A stretch of 64,000 nucleotides of DNA. It comes from a virus. Its lineage: Duplodnaviria; Caudoviricetes. The notes under the pieces are model-generated. The model worked only from the letters and a program-made list of their open reading frames with translations, did no database searches and was not told the DNA's origin. Every line of letters begins with the position of its first letter. The stretch's first letter is position 1. Made by a program: the position numbers and the translations under genes. The stretch is taken from positions 5,384 to 69,383 of the IMG/VR virus record IMGVR_UViG_3300028797_000161; one strand, 5' to 3'. Positions 56,312 to 64,000 of the stretch are shown here, one piece after another.

Positions 56312-56806
56312 ATGAAAGAAAAGACTAAGACAATCATTATCGCTCTTACCGGCACTGCTCTCGGAGTAACTGGACTTACATGTCTTGGATATTCTATCCA
56401 TCAGGTTCGCTCCATGCGCAGAGTTCTGCTCGGCAGCGCTCAAAAGATCAACGAGCTCAGCCATGTGGATATCGACCAGGCTGTGGTTGATAACATGGTT
56501 AAGAAAGCCGTTAAGGAACAGGCAACGACGATTGCTTCCAAAGCGGCCACTAAGGCTTGTGATGCCGTTACTGCCGACATGGTTAACCGAGTCAAGCAGC
56601 TGGTGAGCAACAAGCAAGACGAGATCGAGACTCAGCTGGCTAATGAGATTCTGGACATGATTACCAAAGCGGATAAAAACGAGATCGTTGAGGATGTTAC
56701 TGAGAAAGCCAGCGAGATGCTAGTTGAAAAACTCGGTGACGACCTTGATTGCGAGGTCGGCCGCATGGGTAAGATTTATAAAGGCATCGTTGCCATGGTG
56801 AGCTGA
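56312..56806 (+). CDS. N-terminal TM plus long helical protein
   Basis: RBS AAGGAGG; IIIALTGTALGVTGLTCLGY. Confidence 0.72.
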   Translation: MKEKTKTIIIALTGTALGVTGLTCLGYSIHQVRSMRRVLLGSAQKINELSHVDIDQAVVDNMVKKAVKEQATTIASKAATKACDAVTADMVNRVKQLVSNKQDEIETQLANEILDMITKADKNEIVEDVTEKASEMLVEKLGDDLDCEVGRMGKIYKGIVAMVS

Positions 56807-56818
56807 AGAAAGGAGGAA

Positions 56819-57100
56819 ATGATTATGCCGTATAACGTTTGTGCATCCGAACCGATTGCGGTTGGTAAAAACAATGATCGTGGTAATGTTTCGAATACAA
56901 TTCATTCAACATTAGGATCTCTGGCAGATACTTCTGCTGTTCTGGATATGATTATTAAGAATCTAACCGGATATGAAGATGATTGTAGTGGATGTATTCC
57001 TGATCCGGGATCCCTGTTTGAAGCTGCTGAACAGGCTAAAATCACTTCAGAGATAAATCTGAATAAAGTTAATCAGATTATGGAAATTCTGTTTAAGTAA
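56819..57100 (+). CDS. Hypothetical protein
   Basis: RBS AGAAAGGAGG. Confidence 0.65.
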   Translation: MIMPYNVCASEPIAVGKNNDRGNVSNTIHSTLGSLADTSAVLDMIIKNLTGYEDDCSGCIPDPGSLFEAAEQAKITSEINLNKVNQIMEILFK

Positions 57101-57123
57101 TTTTCAGAAATAAGGAGATACAC

Positions 57124-57669
57124 ATGAACTGTACAAATTGTGGGGCTCCCGTTCCATCCGATGGAGCTAATGTTCCTAAAATTGAGGTAAAAGAACACGA
57201 CGATTCTATTGCTGCTATGCTTGAAGGTCTGGAGGCGGCCAAGCAGTTCGCTGCCGGAATAAAGGAGAATGACAAAGTCAATAACCCGTCTCATTACACG
57301 TATGGCAAGTGGGAGGTTATTGATATTCTCCGTGGAATGCTGACTCCCGAACAATTCGAAGGTTTCCTGCTCGGCAATGTTCTGAAGTATGTATTCCGAT
57401 ATTCACATAAGAACGGATCTGAGGATCTGCGTAAGGCTGGCGTGTATCTGGGATGGCTGACTGAGTTGGTTGCTACGTGGGAGAAGGAAGAAGCCGAATT
57501 CAATGCCGCCGAAGATGATACTAAGAAATACACTTTCGTTAATCGCGACAATGGAATGGTCTTTGGATTTCAGATGCAAGCCGTTACTGAAAAAGATGAA
57601 AATGGCTCAGTTATGACTGGTGATCCGGTTCATGGATATACTATTCACAAGGAGGATTCAAAATCATGA
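57124..57669 (+). CDS. DUF3310 (SaV-like) domain protein
   Basis: DKVNNPSHY..EVIDIL..FLLGNVLKYVFRY..KNG.EDLRKA..YL. Confidence 0.85.
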   Translation: MNCTNCGAPVPSDGANVPKIEVKEHDDSIAAMLEGLEAAKQFAAGIKENDKVNNPSHYTYGKWEVIDILRGMLTPEQFEGFLLGNVLKYVFRYSHKNGSEDLRKAGVYLGWLTELVATWEKEEAEFNAAEDDTKKYTFVNRDNGMVFGFQMQAVTEKDENGSVMTGDPVHGYTIHKEDSKS

Positions 57670-57977
57670 AAAAAGTACATTGGAGCCCGCTGGATGGAAT
57701 GACTGCTTATGAGGCTGTCACCCATGAACTTTTCAAAGACATGGAAAGTACTCCAGGTGCTGCATATCTGGTTCAGATGAAGATTAAACATATTGATGAA
57801 CCTGAATCAGCATATCGTGATATCACTGAACTCCTCACTGACGAACGTGCTGATTGGTATGAAGAAGATGGCTTGGTTTGGAACAACGACTGGCACGAAG
57901 GCGAGGACGATATCATTATTACTGCCTTTGCCAAGGTTGAGGATATTGATATTACCCAAAGTTTTCCGTTTGAATGA
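57666..57977 (+). CDS. Acidic hypothetical protein
   Basis: RBS AAGGAGG; ATGA overlap. Confidence 0.65.
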   Translation: MKKVHWSPLDGMTAYEAVTHELFKDMESTPGAAYLVQMKIKHIDEPESAYRDITELLTDERADWYEEDGLVWNNDWHEGEDDIIITAFAKVEDIDITQSFPFE

Positions 57978-58189
57978 GTACATGCGGTTTGGGCATGAGG
58001 TAAGGACCGGAGCCCTGTAATTGGTGTCAGCGCTTAAACCATCCGCTGTGTAGAGGTGCAAGATATATCAGATGATATCTGGTGCGTTACTTTTGAATGA
58101 GTACGATTCAAAAGAGAAAGGATATCTACTTCGAAGGTTTGATATATTGAGCTTAAATCGTTTTATACGAGCCTCTAACTTTAAATAAT

Positions 58190-58260
58190 AGGCGTATTGT
58201 GTAATGGTAGCACAACGGACTTTGACTCCGTTAGAGTAGGTTCAAACCCTACTACGCCTG
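58190..58260 (+). tRNA. tRNA-Gln (anticodon TTG), no encoded CCA
   Basis: Acceptor AGGCGTA/TACGCCT; D-arm GTG-TAATGGTAG-CAC; anticodon arm ACGGA-CTTTGAC-TCCGT; T-arm GTAGG-TTCAAAC-CCTAC. Confidence 0.92.
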
Positions 58261-58290
58261 TTATTTTTTTTTTCGAAAGGAGGAGAAATA

Positions 58291-58383
58291 ATGACTTGGC
58301 CAAGTGCTTTTATTATTATTGCTATTGTCATCTGTGCTGCTGTCCTGATATGGAAATGGATGGATGAGCGTTCCTGGGGGTAA
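58291..58383 (+). CDS. 30-aa TM peptide
   Basis: RBS GAAAGGAGG; MTWPSAFIIIAIVICAAVLIWKW. Confidence 0.6.
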   Translation: MTWPSAFIIIAIVICAAVLIWKWMDERSWG

Positions 58384-58389
58384 TTGATA

Positions 58390-58620
58390 ATGATTGCTGT
58401 TTTTAATTTCTTTTTCGGTTCTATCTGGATTTTGATTTTGTTACTGGTGGCATCCGGTTATATAGTAACGATCTATTTCAAACAGAAAAAAGGGTTCGTT
58501 ATCTGGAACTTACAAGTTCAAGCAGAGGCTCTTAAAGCAGCATATCAACCGAAAAATAATCAAGATTTAGAAGAAGTTGAGCCTCCGAAAAACTGGGATT
58601 CGTCCATGACCGACCGTTAA
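58390..58620 (+). CDS. Small membrane protein
   Basis: Hydrophobic N-terminal half. Confidence 0.55.
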   Translation: MIAVFNFFFGSIWILILLLVASGYIVTIYFKQKKGFVIWNLQVQAEALKAAYQPKNNQDLEEVEPPKNWDSSMTDR

Positions 58621-58629
58621 AAAGCGGTC

Positions 58630-58925
58630 AAATTCGTGGCTATTTTTGTGGCTAAATCTGGCTAAATGGCTAAATCTTTTTAAAAATTTGTTGGCGATCG
58701 GGTTTGATCGGGAACGGACGATTGATAAAAAACGGCCAAAATTGGCTAAATCTTGCAAAATTGGCTATTTTTATTTAGGATTTAGCCAGCCCGCAAACCC
58801 TTATAAATCAACGGTCCCAGCCGTTTTGCGGCTAAATGGCTACGTTTTTTCTCTATTTATTATAGAAAAAAATTTTATATATAATAATAGAAAAATGCAA
58901 AAATATCCAGCCATTTAGCCACTGC
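58630..58925. other. Candidate replication origin: GGCTA(AAT) iterons in both orientations around an AT-rich core
   Basis: At least 10 GGCTA/TAGCC copies. GGCTAAATGGCT at 58660 and 58830 is inverted as AGCCATTTAGCC at 58909-58920, flanking a very AT-rich segment. Confidence 0.6.
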
Positions 58926-58944
58926 AAGAAGAAAGGAGATTTTT

Positions 58945-59169
58945 ATGCAAACTTTGTTTGATGTTGGTGATAAAGTTGAGATCACTGTCCGAGGTAAAAT
59001 CAGCAGCATTTCGCTCAGTGCAAAAGGCGATTGCTATGTTGTGAACATAGACGCTGATATGAAAGAAGCAAAGGGAAATGCTCCTTATGAGTATAACCTT
59101 TACTTTGATAGTGCCATGCTCAAGAAGTGCGGCGCAAAACTTGTTACTCCACAGATTTCCCAAAAATAA
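58945..59169 (+). CDS. Small beta-barrel (SH3/KOW-like) hypothetical protein
   Basis: RBS AGAAAGGAG; FDVGDKVEI. Confidence 0.65.
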   Translation: MQTLFDVGDKVEITVRGKISSISLSAKGDCYVVNIDADMKEAKGNAPYEYNLYFDSAMLKKCGAKLVTPQISQK

Positions 59170-59219
59170 TCTTTACATCTCCTATCCCCTGTCATACAAT
59201 CAAATCCGGGTGATGATTT

Positions 59220-59529
59220 ATGACTGAAGAATTTTGGGAAGATCTGTATCGAGTAGATGCTACAGACTCATGGATAAACGGAGCTTATACCGAACAAGGT
59301 GATCAAGTATATTGTGACGGTTGCCACGAGGAAATGAGCTTTGATCCTGAGTCACGAGAATGGAGGTGCCGCCATTGCGGAAGTTCTAAAAATAGAATAG
59401 AATGGGTTTGATTATCTTGACGCTGCCCCGCCCGGCCCTGCGTGTTTGACGCGTTGTCAAGAAAATTACCCATTGTGTAAAAATTGGTGTTTGCTGTATG
59501 AAATCCCGGACAGCGACCCAATTTTATAA
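59220..59529 (+). pseudogene. Zn-finger gene split by a +1 frameshift at about 59404-59411
   Basis: Frame 0 (CDGC..CRHCG) stops at GTT TGA. The startless +1 frame continues FDYLDAAPPGPACLTRCQENYPLCKNWCLLY to 59529. Confidence 0.5.
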
Positions 59530-59595
59530 AGCGTTGTAAAGGAGCCCCTGTGATTTATACAAGGGCTCTTCTTTTTTGCCTTTTTAAAGGGGGCA

Positions 59596-59619
59596 CGAAA
59601 TTTACAATCTCTATTATGA
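59596..59619 (+). promoter_or_regulatory. Phage promoter-like motif, copy 13 (upstream of the nuclease-RNAP operon)
   Basis: CGAAA-TTTACA-ATCTCTAT-TATGA after terminator GAGCCC/GGGCTC (59547-59578). Confidence 0.7.
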
Positions 59620-59723
59620 GAGAGAGGACGATTAGGTCGCCTTCTCTTCTTTATTTGAACCTTGAAAATTGAATATGATTTCTAGCTCTTTTTCTTTTTA
59701 ATTATTTGGAGGTGAAGCATGGG

Positions 59724-60041
59724 GTGGCTAAACCTAAACCAATTGAGTCTTCTTTTGAACGACATTTTATAAAGAAAATTAAAGATCTCTTTCCTGGTAT
59801 GATTGTTAAAAAACTACATGATGCTCAAGGGATACCTGATCGATTATTTTTATATGGTTCCAAATGGGCAGTATTAGAGTTTAAACGATCTGCAGATGAA
59901 TCGCACCAACCTAATCAAGATTGGTATGTCCATACAATGAATAAAATGTCGTTTGCTCGTTTTATATTTCCTGAAAACAGTAAAGAGGTTTTGGAAGATC
60001 TTATACAGTTCTTTTCAGACCAGAAAGGGCAACCACAATGA
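59724..60041 (+). CDS. VRR-NUC-like nuclease (putative Holliday junction resolvase)
   Basis: ESSFE..QGIPDRLFL..VLEFKRS..PNQ; GTG start after GGAGGTGA. Confidence 0.8.
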   Translation: MAKPKPIESSFERHFIKKIKDLFPGMIVKKLHDAQGIPDRLFLYGSKWAVLEFKRSADESHQPNQDWYVHTMNKMSFARFIFPENSKEVLEDLIQFFSDQKGQPQ

Positions 60042-60595
60042 GGTTCAATGATCATTCTGAGCTTGTCGGATGTCATGCGTTCCTCGGAGCCAGTAAGTGC
60101 TCGTGGCTGAATTATGATGATAATAAACTTGCATTAAGTTACAACAATGCCTCAGCCGCACAACGAGGAACTGAGTTACATGACTTTGCTGAAAAATGTA
60201 TACGACTTGGTATCAAACTTCCAGAGACTCATCAAACTTTAAACATGTATGTCAACGATGCGATTGGCTACAAAATGACGCCAGAGCAAGTTCTGTATTA
60301 TTCGGATAATTGTTTTGGTACTGCTGACGCTATTCGCTTTGATAAAGACATGCTTCGAATCCATGATCTGAAAACAGGCGTTTCTCCTGCTCACATGGAG
60401 CAGCTAATGATTTATGCAGCTTTGTTCTGCTTAGAATATAAAGTTAAACCTGGAACAATAGCCATGGAATTGAGGATATATAAAAATGATGAAGTCACCA
60501 CTGTTAATCCTCAAGCCGATCAGATTGTTCCGATCATGGATAAAATCATTCATTTTGATAAATTAATCAGACGAATGAAAGAAAGAGGGGCATAA
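60038..60595 (+). CDS. PD-(D/E)XK / Cas4-like exonuclease (DUF2800-like)
   Basis: HAFLGAS..RGTELH..FGTADAI..IHDLKTG..EQLMIYA. Confidence 0.78.
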   Translation: MRFNDHSELVGCHAFLGASKCSWLNYDDNKLALSYNNASAAQRGTELHDFAEKCIRLGIKLPETHQTLNMYVNDAIGYKMTPEQVLYYSDNCFGTADAIRFDKDMLRIHDLKTGVSPAHMEQLMIYAALFCLEYKVKPGTIAMELRIYKNDEVTTVNPQADQIVPIMDKIIHFDKLIRRMKERGA

Positions 60596-60599
60596 CTTT

Positions 60600-63500
60600 A
60601 TGGATCCTATTACTTTGGAAATGCTGGGCGCATATTCTGGCGATCCTCTCGATTTATATGAGGTCGATGCAGAGCTCGCTCACGGAAGCACTTATGAGGC
60701 CCAAGGAGCAAGTGCTCATGGTCCGGGCGGTCGGACTAAAGAAGCGAGCTCCAACGGAGTTGGTTCCGGAAGATTTCCCAAAGGATCCGGAGACAAGCCG
60801 TATCAATCTGGTATCAATAGCTTTCTGGAACGTGTTGATTTTTATAAGAAAAAAGGGATTACAAATCAAAAAGAGTTAGCGGCTCTTTGTGGATGTGTTA
60901 ATCGCGATGGTTCTGGCAATACTACAAGCTTTCGTATTGAGTATAGTAAAGCCCTTCACGATTGGAAGCGAACCAGGGCTGCTAAAGCTCAAGAAATGTT
61001 GAACTCCGGAATGAGCAAGAAAGCGGTAGCTAAAAGTTTTGGTGTTCCTGATTCAACATTAGCCTCTTGGCTTAATCCTAAAGCTTTGGAACGTGTCAAT
61101 ATTTCTTCTAATCTTGCTGATTTTCTTGAGGAACAGGTCAAAGAAAAGAAGATGATTGATGTTGGTTCTGGGGTTGATAAAGAAATAAGCATTGAGAAAT
61201 CTCTGAATATTTCAAAAACCAAGATGGCTGAAGCTCTGTCTATTCTTCAAGATCGTGGATATCAGATGTTCTTTGGACGCGTACCTCAGGCTACGAACCC
61301 TGGACAAAAGACCACGCTCAGTGTGCTAGCTACAGCAGATCAAAAATGGAGTGATGTGTATAATCATCCTGAGTTGATACAATCCGTTAAGGATTATGTT
61401 GTACGTGAAACGATGGATGGTGAAGAGCATATTACTAAGAAATGGGAACCTCCGGCTTCTATGGATAGTTCTCGTTTAATGATTAGATATGCTGATGACG
61501 TAGCTCCTGATGGGCATACTGGCATTGAAAAAGATGGAACTATTGAGATTCGTCGTAATGTTCCTGATCTTGATATGCAGGGTAGTCATTATGCTCAGGT
61601 TCGTATACTTGTTGATGGCAATAAATATTTGAAAGGCATGGCACATTATTCGGATCATATGCCTGACGGTATTGATGTCATCTTTAACACAAATAAGCAT
61701 CGTGGTGAGGATGTTCTAAAGAAAGCGAAAACCGATCCTAAGACCGGTGAGGTTCTTAAAGACAATCCTTTTGGTGCATTGCTTCGTGAAACTGGCGGAC
61801 AGTATCATTATACTGATCCTAAGACCGGTGAAACCAAACTCGGTTTGATAAACAAAACCCGACATGAAGGTGACTGGGAAGAATGGACAGATACCCTTCC
61901 GCATCAGTTCCTTGCTAAACAACCATTACAATTGATAAATAAACAATTAGATTTGGCCATTACGGAAAAGAAGGCCGAGCTCCAAGACATCCTCGCTCTT
62001 ACAAATCCGACGGTTAAGAAATCATTGTTATTAGATTTTGCAGATGGTTGTGATTCGGATGCTGTGCATATGCAGGCTGCCAGTCTTCCCCGCCAAAAAT
62101 ATCAGGTCATTCTCCCTATCCCCACTTTGAAAGACGATGAAGTTTATGCACCCAATTTCAAAGATGGTGAAACTTTAGCTGTTGTTCGTTTCCCGCATCA
62201 GGGCAACTTTGAGATTTGCATTCTTAAAGTTAATAACCGTAATGCTCAGGGTCGTGAACTGATTGGAGAGAATCCGATTGATGCTATTGGTTTAAATAAA
62301 CGTAATGCGGATATCCTTTCCGGTGCCGATTTCGACGGCGATACAGTTATGTGTATTCCTTGTAACGATCCTCGTTATACGGATACCAAGATTGTTAATC
62401 GTCCTCCTCTGCCCGGTCTTGAAGGATTTGATCCTAAAACAGAATATAAATATGATTATTCTGAAGATCGAATGGAAATGGTCCGTGTTAAAGATAAATA
62501 TGGAAAACCTGCATTCAATGAAGATGGAACTCCTGCATACGAAGAAAAGAAAGTAACTCATTATTTCAAAAATGGTCGAGAATTCAAACCTATGACCCGA
62601 ACCGATATGGAAATGGGTAATGTAAGTAATCTTATGACAGATATGACCCTTAAGGGTGCTGCACCAGAAGATCTTGCTTTAGTTGCTCGCCATGCTCAAG
62701 TTGTTATTGATGCTGAGAAACATCATCTCGACTGGAAACAAAGCGAACATGATAACCATATCGCGGAGATGAAAAGAAAGTATCAAGAACGCATCGATGA
62801 AGAAGACGGATCTATTCATTATGGTGCTTCTACAATTCTTTCTCGTGCTAAATCTCCTACTCGTATTACTAAACCCACTGGCTCGCCTCATATTAATCCT
62901 GAAACTGGTAAATATGAGTATACTGAAAGGCAATTGCAGCCTCAAACGTATATTGATAAGAAGACCGGTAAAGAAGTAAAACGTACTGAGGAAGTGCCAT
63001 TACTCTCTACCAAAGACGATGCAATGGACATCGTATATGATAAGTATAACCCTAAGGAGGTAGCCTACGCTAAGTACTCCAATACTCTTAAAGCTCTGGC
63101 AAACGAAGCTCGAAAGGAGTATCTGGCGACTGGAGATATTAAGTTTAATAAGCAGGCAGAAGAACAATATCATGAAGAAGCAGAACATCTTCTTTCAGAA
63201 ATGTTGCTTGCCGAACTTAATGCCCCTAGGGAGAGAATGGCACAATTGTATTCTCGATCCGTATACCTTGCTAAGAAAGACATACCCGGTATTACAAAAA
63301 AGGAATTGCGTAAAGCAACTGATGTCGCTTTAGCAGAAGGACGAATTCGTTATGGTGCATCTCGAAGAAAGATTGACATTACACCGCGCGAATGGGAAGC
63401 AATTCAGGCTGGGGCTATAAACAAAACCAACCTGGAGAAAATCCTAAATTATGCTGATCCTGACAAAGTTCGTGAATATGCAACTCCTCGTGAAAGAACT

Positions 63501-63635
63501 GAATTAACAGCAGGACAAAAGGCTCGTATTATTGCTGCTCTTAATAGTAATAATCCTCCGCCAACTTCTACTCTTGCCGAACATTTCAATGTTTCTGTAT
63601 CCACTATTAATGCTCTTAGAAAAGGGAAAGGATGA
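60600..63635 (+). CDS. Single-subunit double-psi-barrel RNA polymerase (RdRP/QDE-1-, YonO- or crAss-like) with fused HTH domains
   Basis: QVR..YLKGM (K345), LPHQ, VVRFP (R530), ADILSGADFDGD (D577/D579/D581). HTH-like NQKELAALCG, MSKKAVAKSFGVPDSTLASWL and TLAEHFNVSVSTINAL. Confidence 0.78.
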   Translation: MDPITLEMLGAYSGDPLDLYEVDAELAHGSTYEAQGASAHGPGGRTKEASSNGVGSGRFPKGSGDKPYQSGINSFLERVDFYKKKGITNQKELAALCGCVNRDGSGNTTSFRIEYSKALHDWKRTRAAKAQEMLNSGMSKKAVAKSFGVPDSTLASWLNPKALERVNISSNLADFLEEQVKEKKMIDVGSGVDKEISIEKSLNISKTKMAEALSILQDRGYQMFFGRVPQATNPGQKTTLSVLATADQKWSDVYNHPELIQSVKDYVVRETMDGEEHITKKWEPPASMDSSRLMIRYADDVAPDGHTGIEKDGTIEIRRNVPDLDMQGSHYAQVRILVDGNKYLKGMAHYSDHMPDGIDVIFNTNKHRGEDVLKKAKTDPKTGEVLKDNPFGALLRETGGQYHYTDPKTGETKLGLINKTRHEGDWEEWTDTLPHQFLAKQPLQLINKQLDLAITEKKAELQDILALTNPTVKKSLLLDFADGCDSDAVHMQAASLPRQKYQVILPIPTLKDDEVYAPNFKDGETLAVVRFPHQGNFEICILKVNNRNAQGRELIGENPIDAIGLNKRNADILSGADFDGDTVMCIPCNDPRYTDTKIVNRPPLPGLEGFDPKTEYKYDYSEDRMEMVRVKDKYGKPAFNEDGTPAYEEKKVTHYFKNGREFKPMTRTDMEMGNVSNLMTDMTLKGAAPEDLALVARHAQVVIDAEKHHLDWKQSEHDNHIAEMKRKYQERIDEEDGSIHYGASTILSRAKSPTRITKPTGSPHINPETGKYEYTERQLQPQTYIDKKTGKEVKRTEEVPLLSTKDDAMDIVYDKYNPKEVAYAKYSNTLKALANEARKEYLATGDIKFNKQAEEQYHEEAEHLLSEMLLAELNAPRERMAQLYSRSVYLAKKDIPGITKKELRKATDVALAEGRIRYGASRRKIDITPREWEAIQAGAINKTNLEKILNYADPDKVREYATPRERTELTAGQKARIIAALNSNNPPPTSTLAEHFNVSVSTINALRKGKG

Positions 63636-63895
63636 TCGAAATGGTTGAAGGCTGCAGATTGACAACCGATGACAATCCGTATGATCCGTTTACTCAGTTC
63701 GATCATTGGTTCCTGTTCGATGCTGAGAAAGGTTACAATACACCTGGTTACTTAGCTCGGATTGCCAAGGTCGACGACACAATGACAGATGACGAAAAAG
63801 AAGCTGAGATTGAGCGTGCAATTGATGAGATTATTCGCCTTGACTTCCTTGGTATTTACAAGAAAGTGTACAAGAATGAGAAACAAACAGCATAA
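63632..63895 (+). CDS. Small acidic protein coupled to the RNAP gene
   Basis: ATGA overlap; LTTDDNPYDPFTQFDHW..KGYNTPGYLARIA. Confidence 0.75.
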   Translation: MIEMVEGCRLTTDDNPYDPFTQFDHWFLFDAEKGYNTPGYLARIAKVDDTMTDDEKEAEIERAIDEIIRLDFLGIYKKVYKNEKQTA

Positions 63896-64000
63896 TGCCA
63901 ACAAATTTGTTGTTGGGTTCGCCTTATCCCCCTATGGACATTAACAAAGGAACTCTAACCACCCGGGGGGGGTCTCGAAAACAGTCCCTCCCCCCTTTAT

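Noticed and set aside
57974-58075. Possible Cys-rich pseudogene (MSTCGLGMR*GPEPCNWCQR...)
   Set aside because: Short, with no clear RBS; cannot be supported without homologs.
58646-58918. 90-aa ORF over the iteron region
   Set aside because: Repetitive WLNLAK translation of the DNA repeats; no RBS.
29462-59619. The 13-copy motif as sigmaA -35/-10 elements or CRISPR repeats
   Set aside because: The spacer is 8 bp, not 16-18, and the copies are dispersed in front of genes rather than arrayed with spacers.
60038-60595. Cas4 as part of a CRISPR system
   Set aside because: No array or other cas genes; stand-alone phage PD-(D/E)XK nucleases are common.

Overview
This window is most of the genome of a tailed dsDNA phage with siphovirus-type morphogenesis genes. 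Essentially every credible gene is on the + strand. No terminase, integrase or repressor is in the window, so the terminase is presumably just upstream, and a lytic lifestyle is inferred. Strong AGAAAGGAGG ribosome-binding sites (RBS), SH3b and PG-binding domains and a phiLC3-type holin suggest a Firmicutes (probably Clostridia) host. Layout: head and tail genes (1-19 kb); collagen, LRR and duplicated tail-fibre modules (19-25.5 kb); lysis (25.8-27.5 kb); a four-gene cassette with structured leader RNAs (27.5-29.4 kb); early/accessory genes cut into terminator-promoter-gene cassettes (29.4-46.7 kb); a 1428-aa helicase-primase-exonuclease-PolB fusion, SSB, ThyX and SF2 helicase (46.7-55.4 kb); tRNA-Gln and an iteron/AT-rich origin candidate (58.2-58.9 kb); then VRR-NUC, a PD-(D/E)XK nuclease and a 1011-aa protein near a probable genome end. 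Main finding: the 1011-aa protein has the motif set of single-chain double-psi-barrel RNA polymerases of the eukaryotic RdRP/QDE-1, YonO and crAss type (QxR..KG, RxP, LSGADFDGD) plus three fused HTH-like segments. The genome also has 13 copies of a non-sigma70 motif, C[GC]WWW-TTTACA-N8-TATGG, most followed by a covarying 5' hairpin. I infer this is a private phage RNAP/promoter system, possibly virion-packaged. Other finds: an internal start and a perfect -1 slippery site in the capsid gene, a 142-nt tRNA/tmRNA-like RNA of unusual 6+6 geometry, two candidate RBS-sequestering RNA switches, and a PolB with His at the steric-gate position. All family assignments are from motif recognition only; no searches were run.
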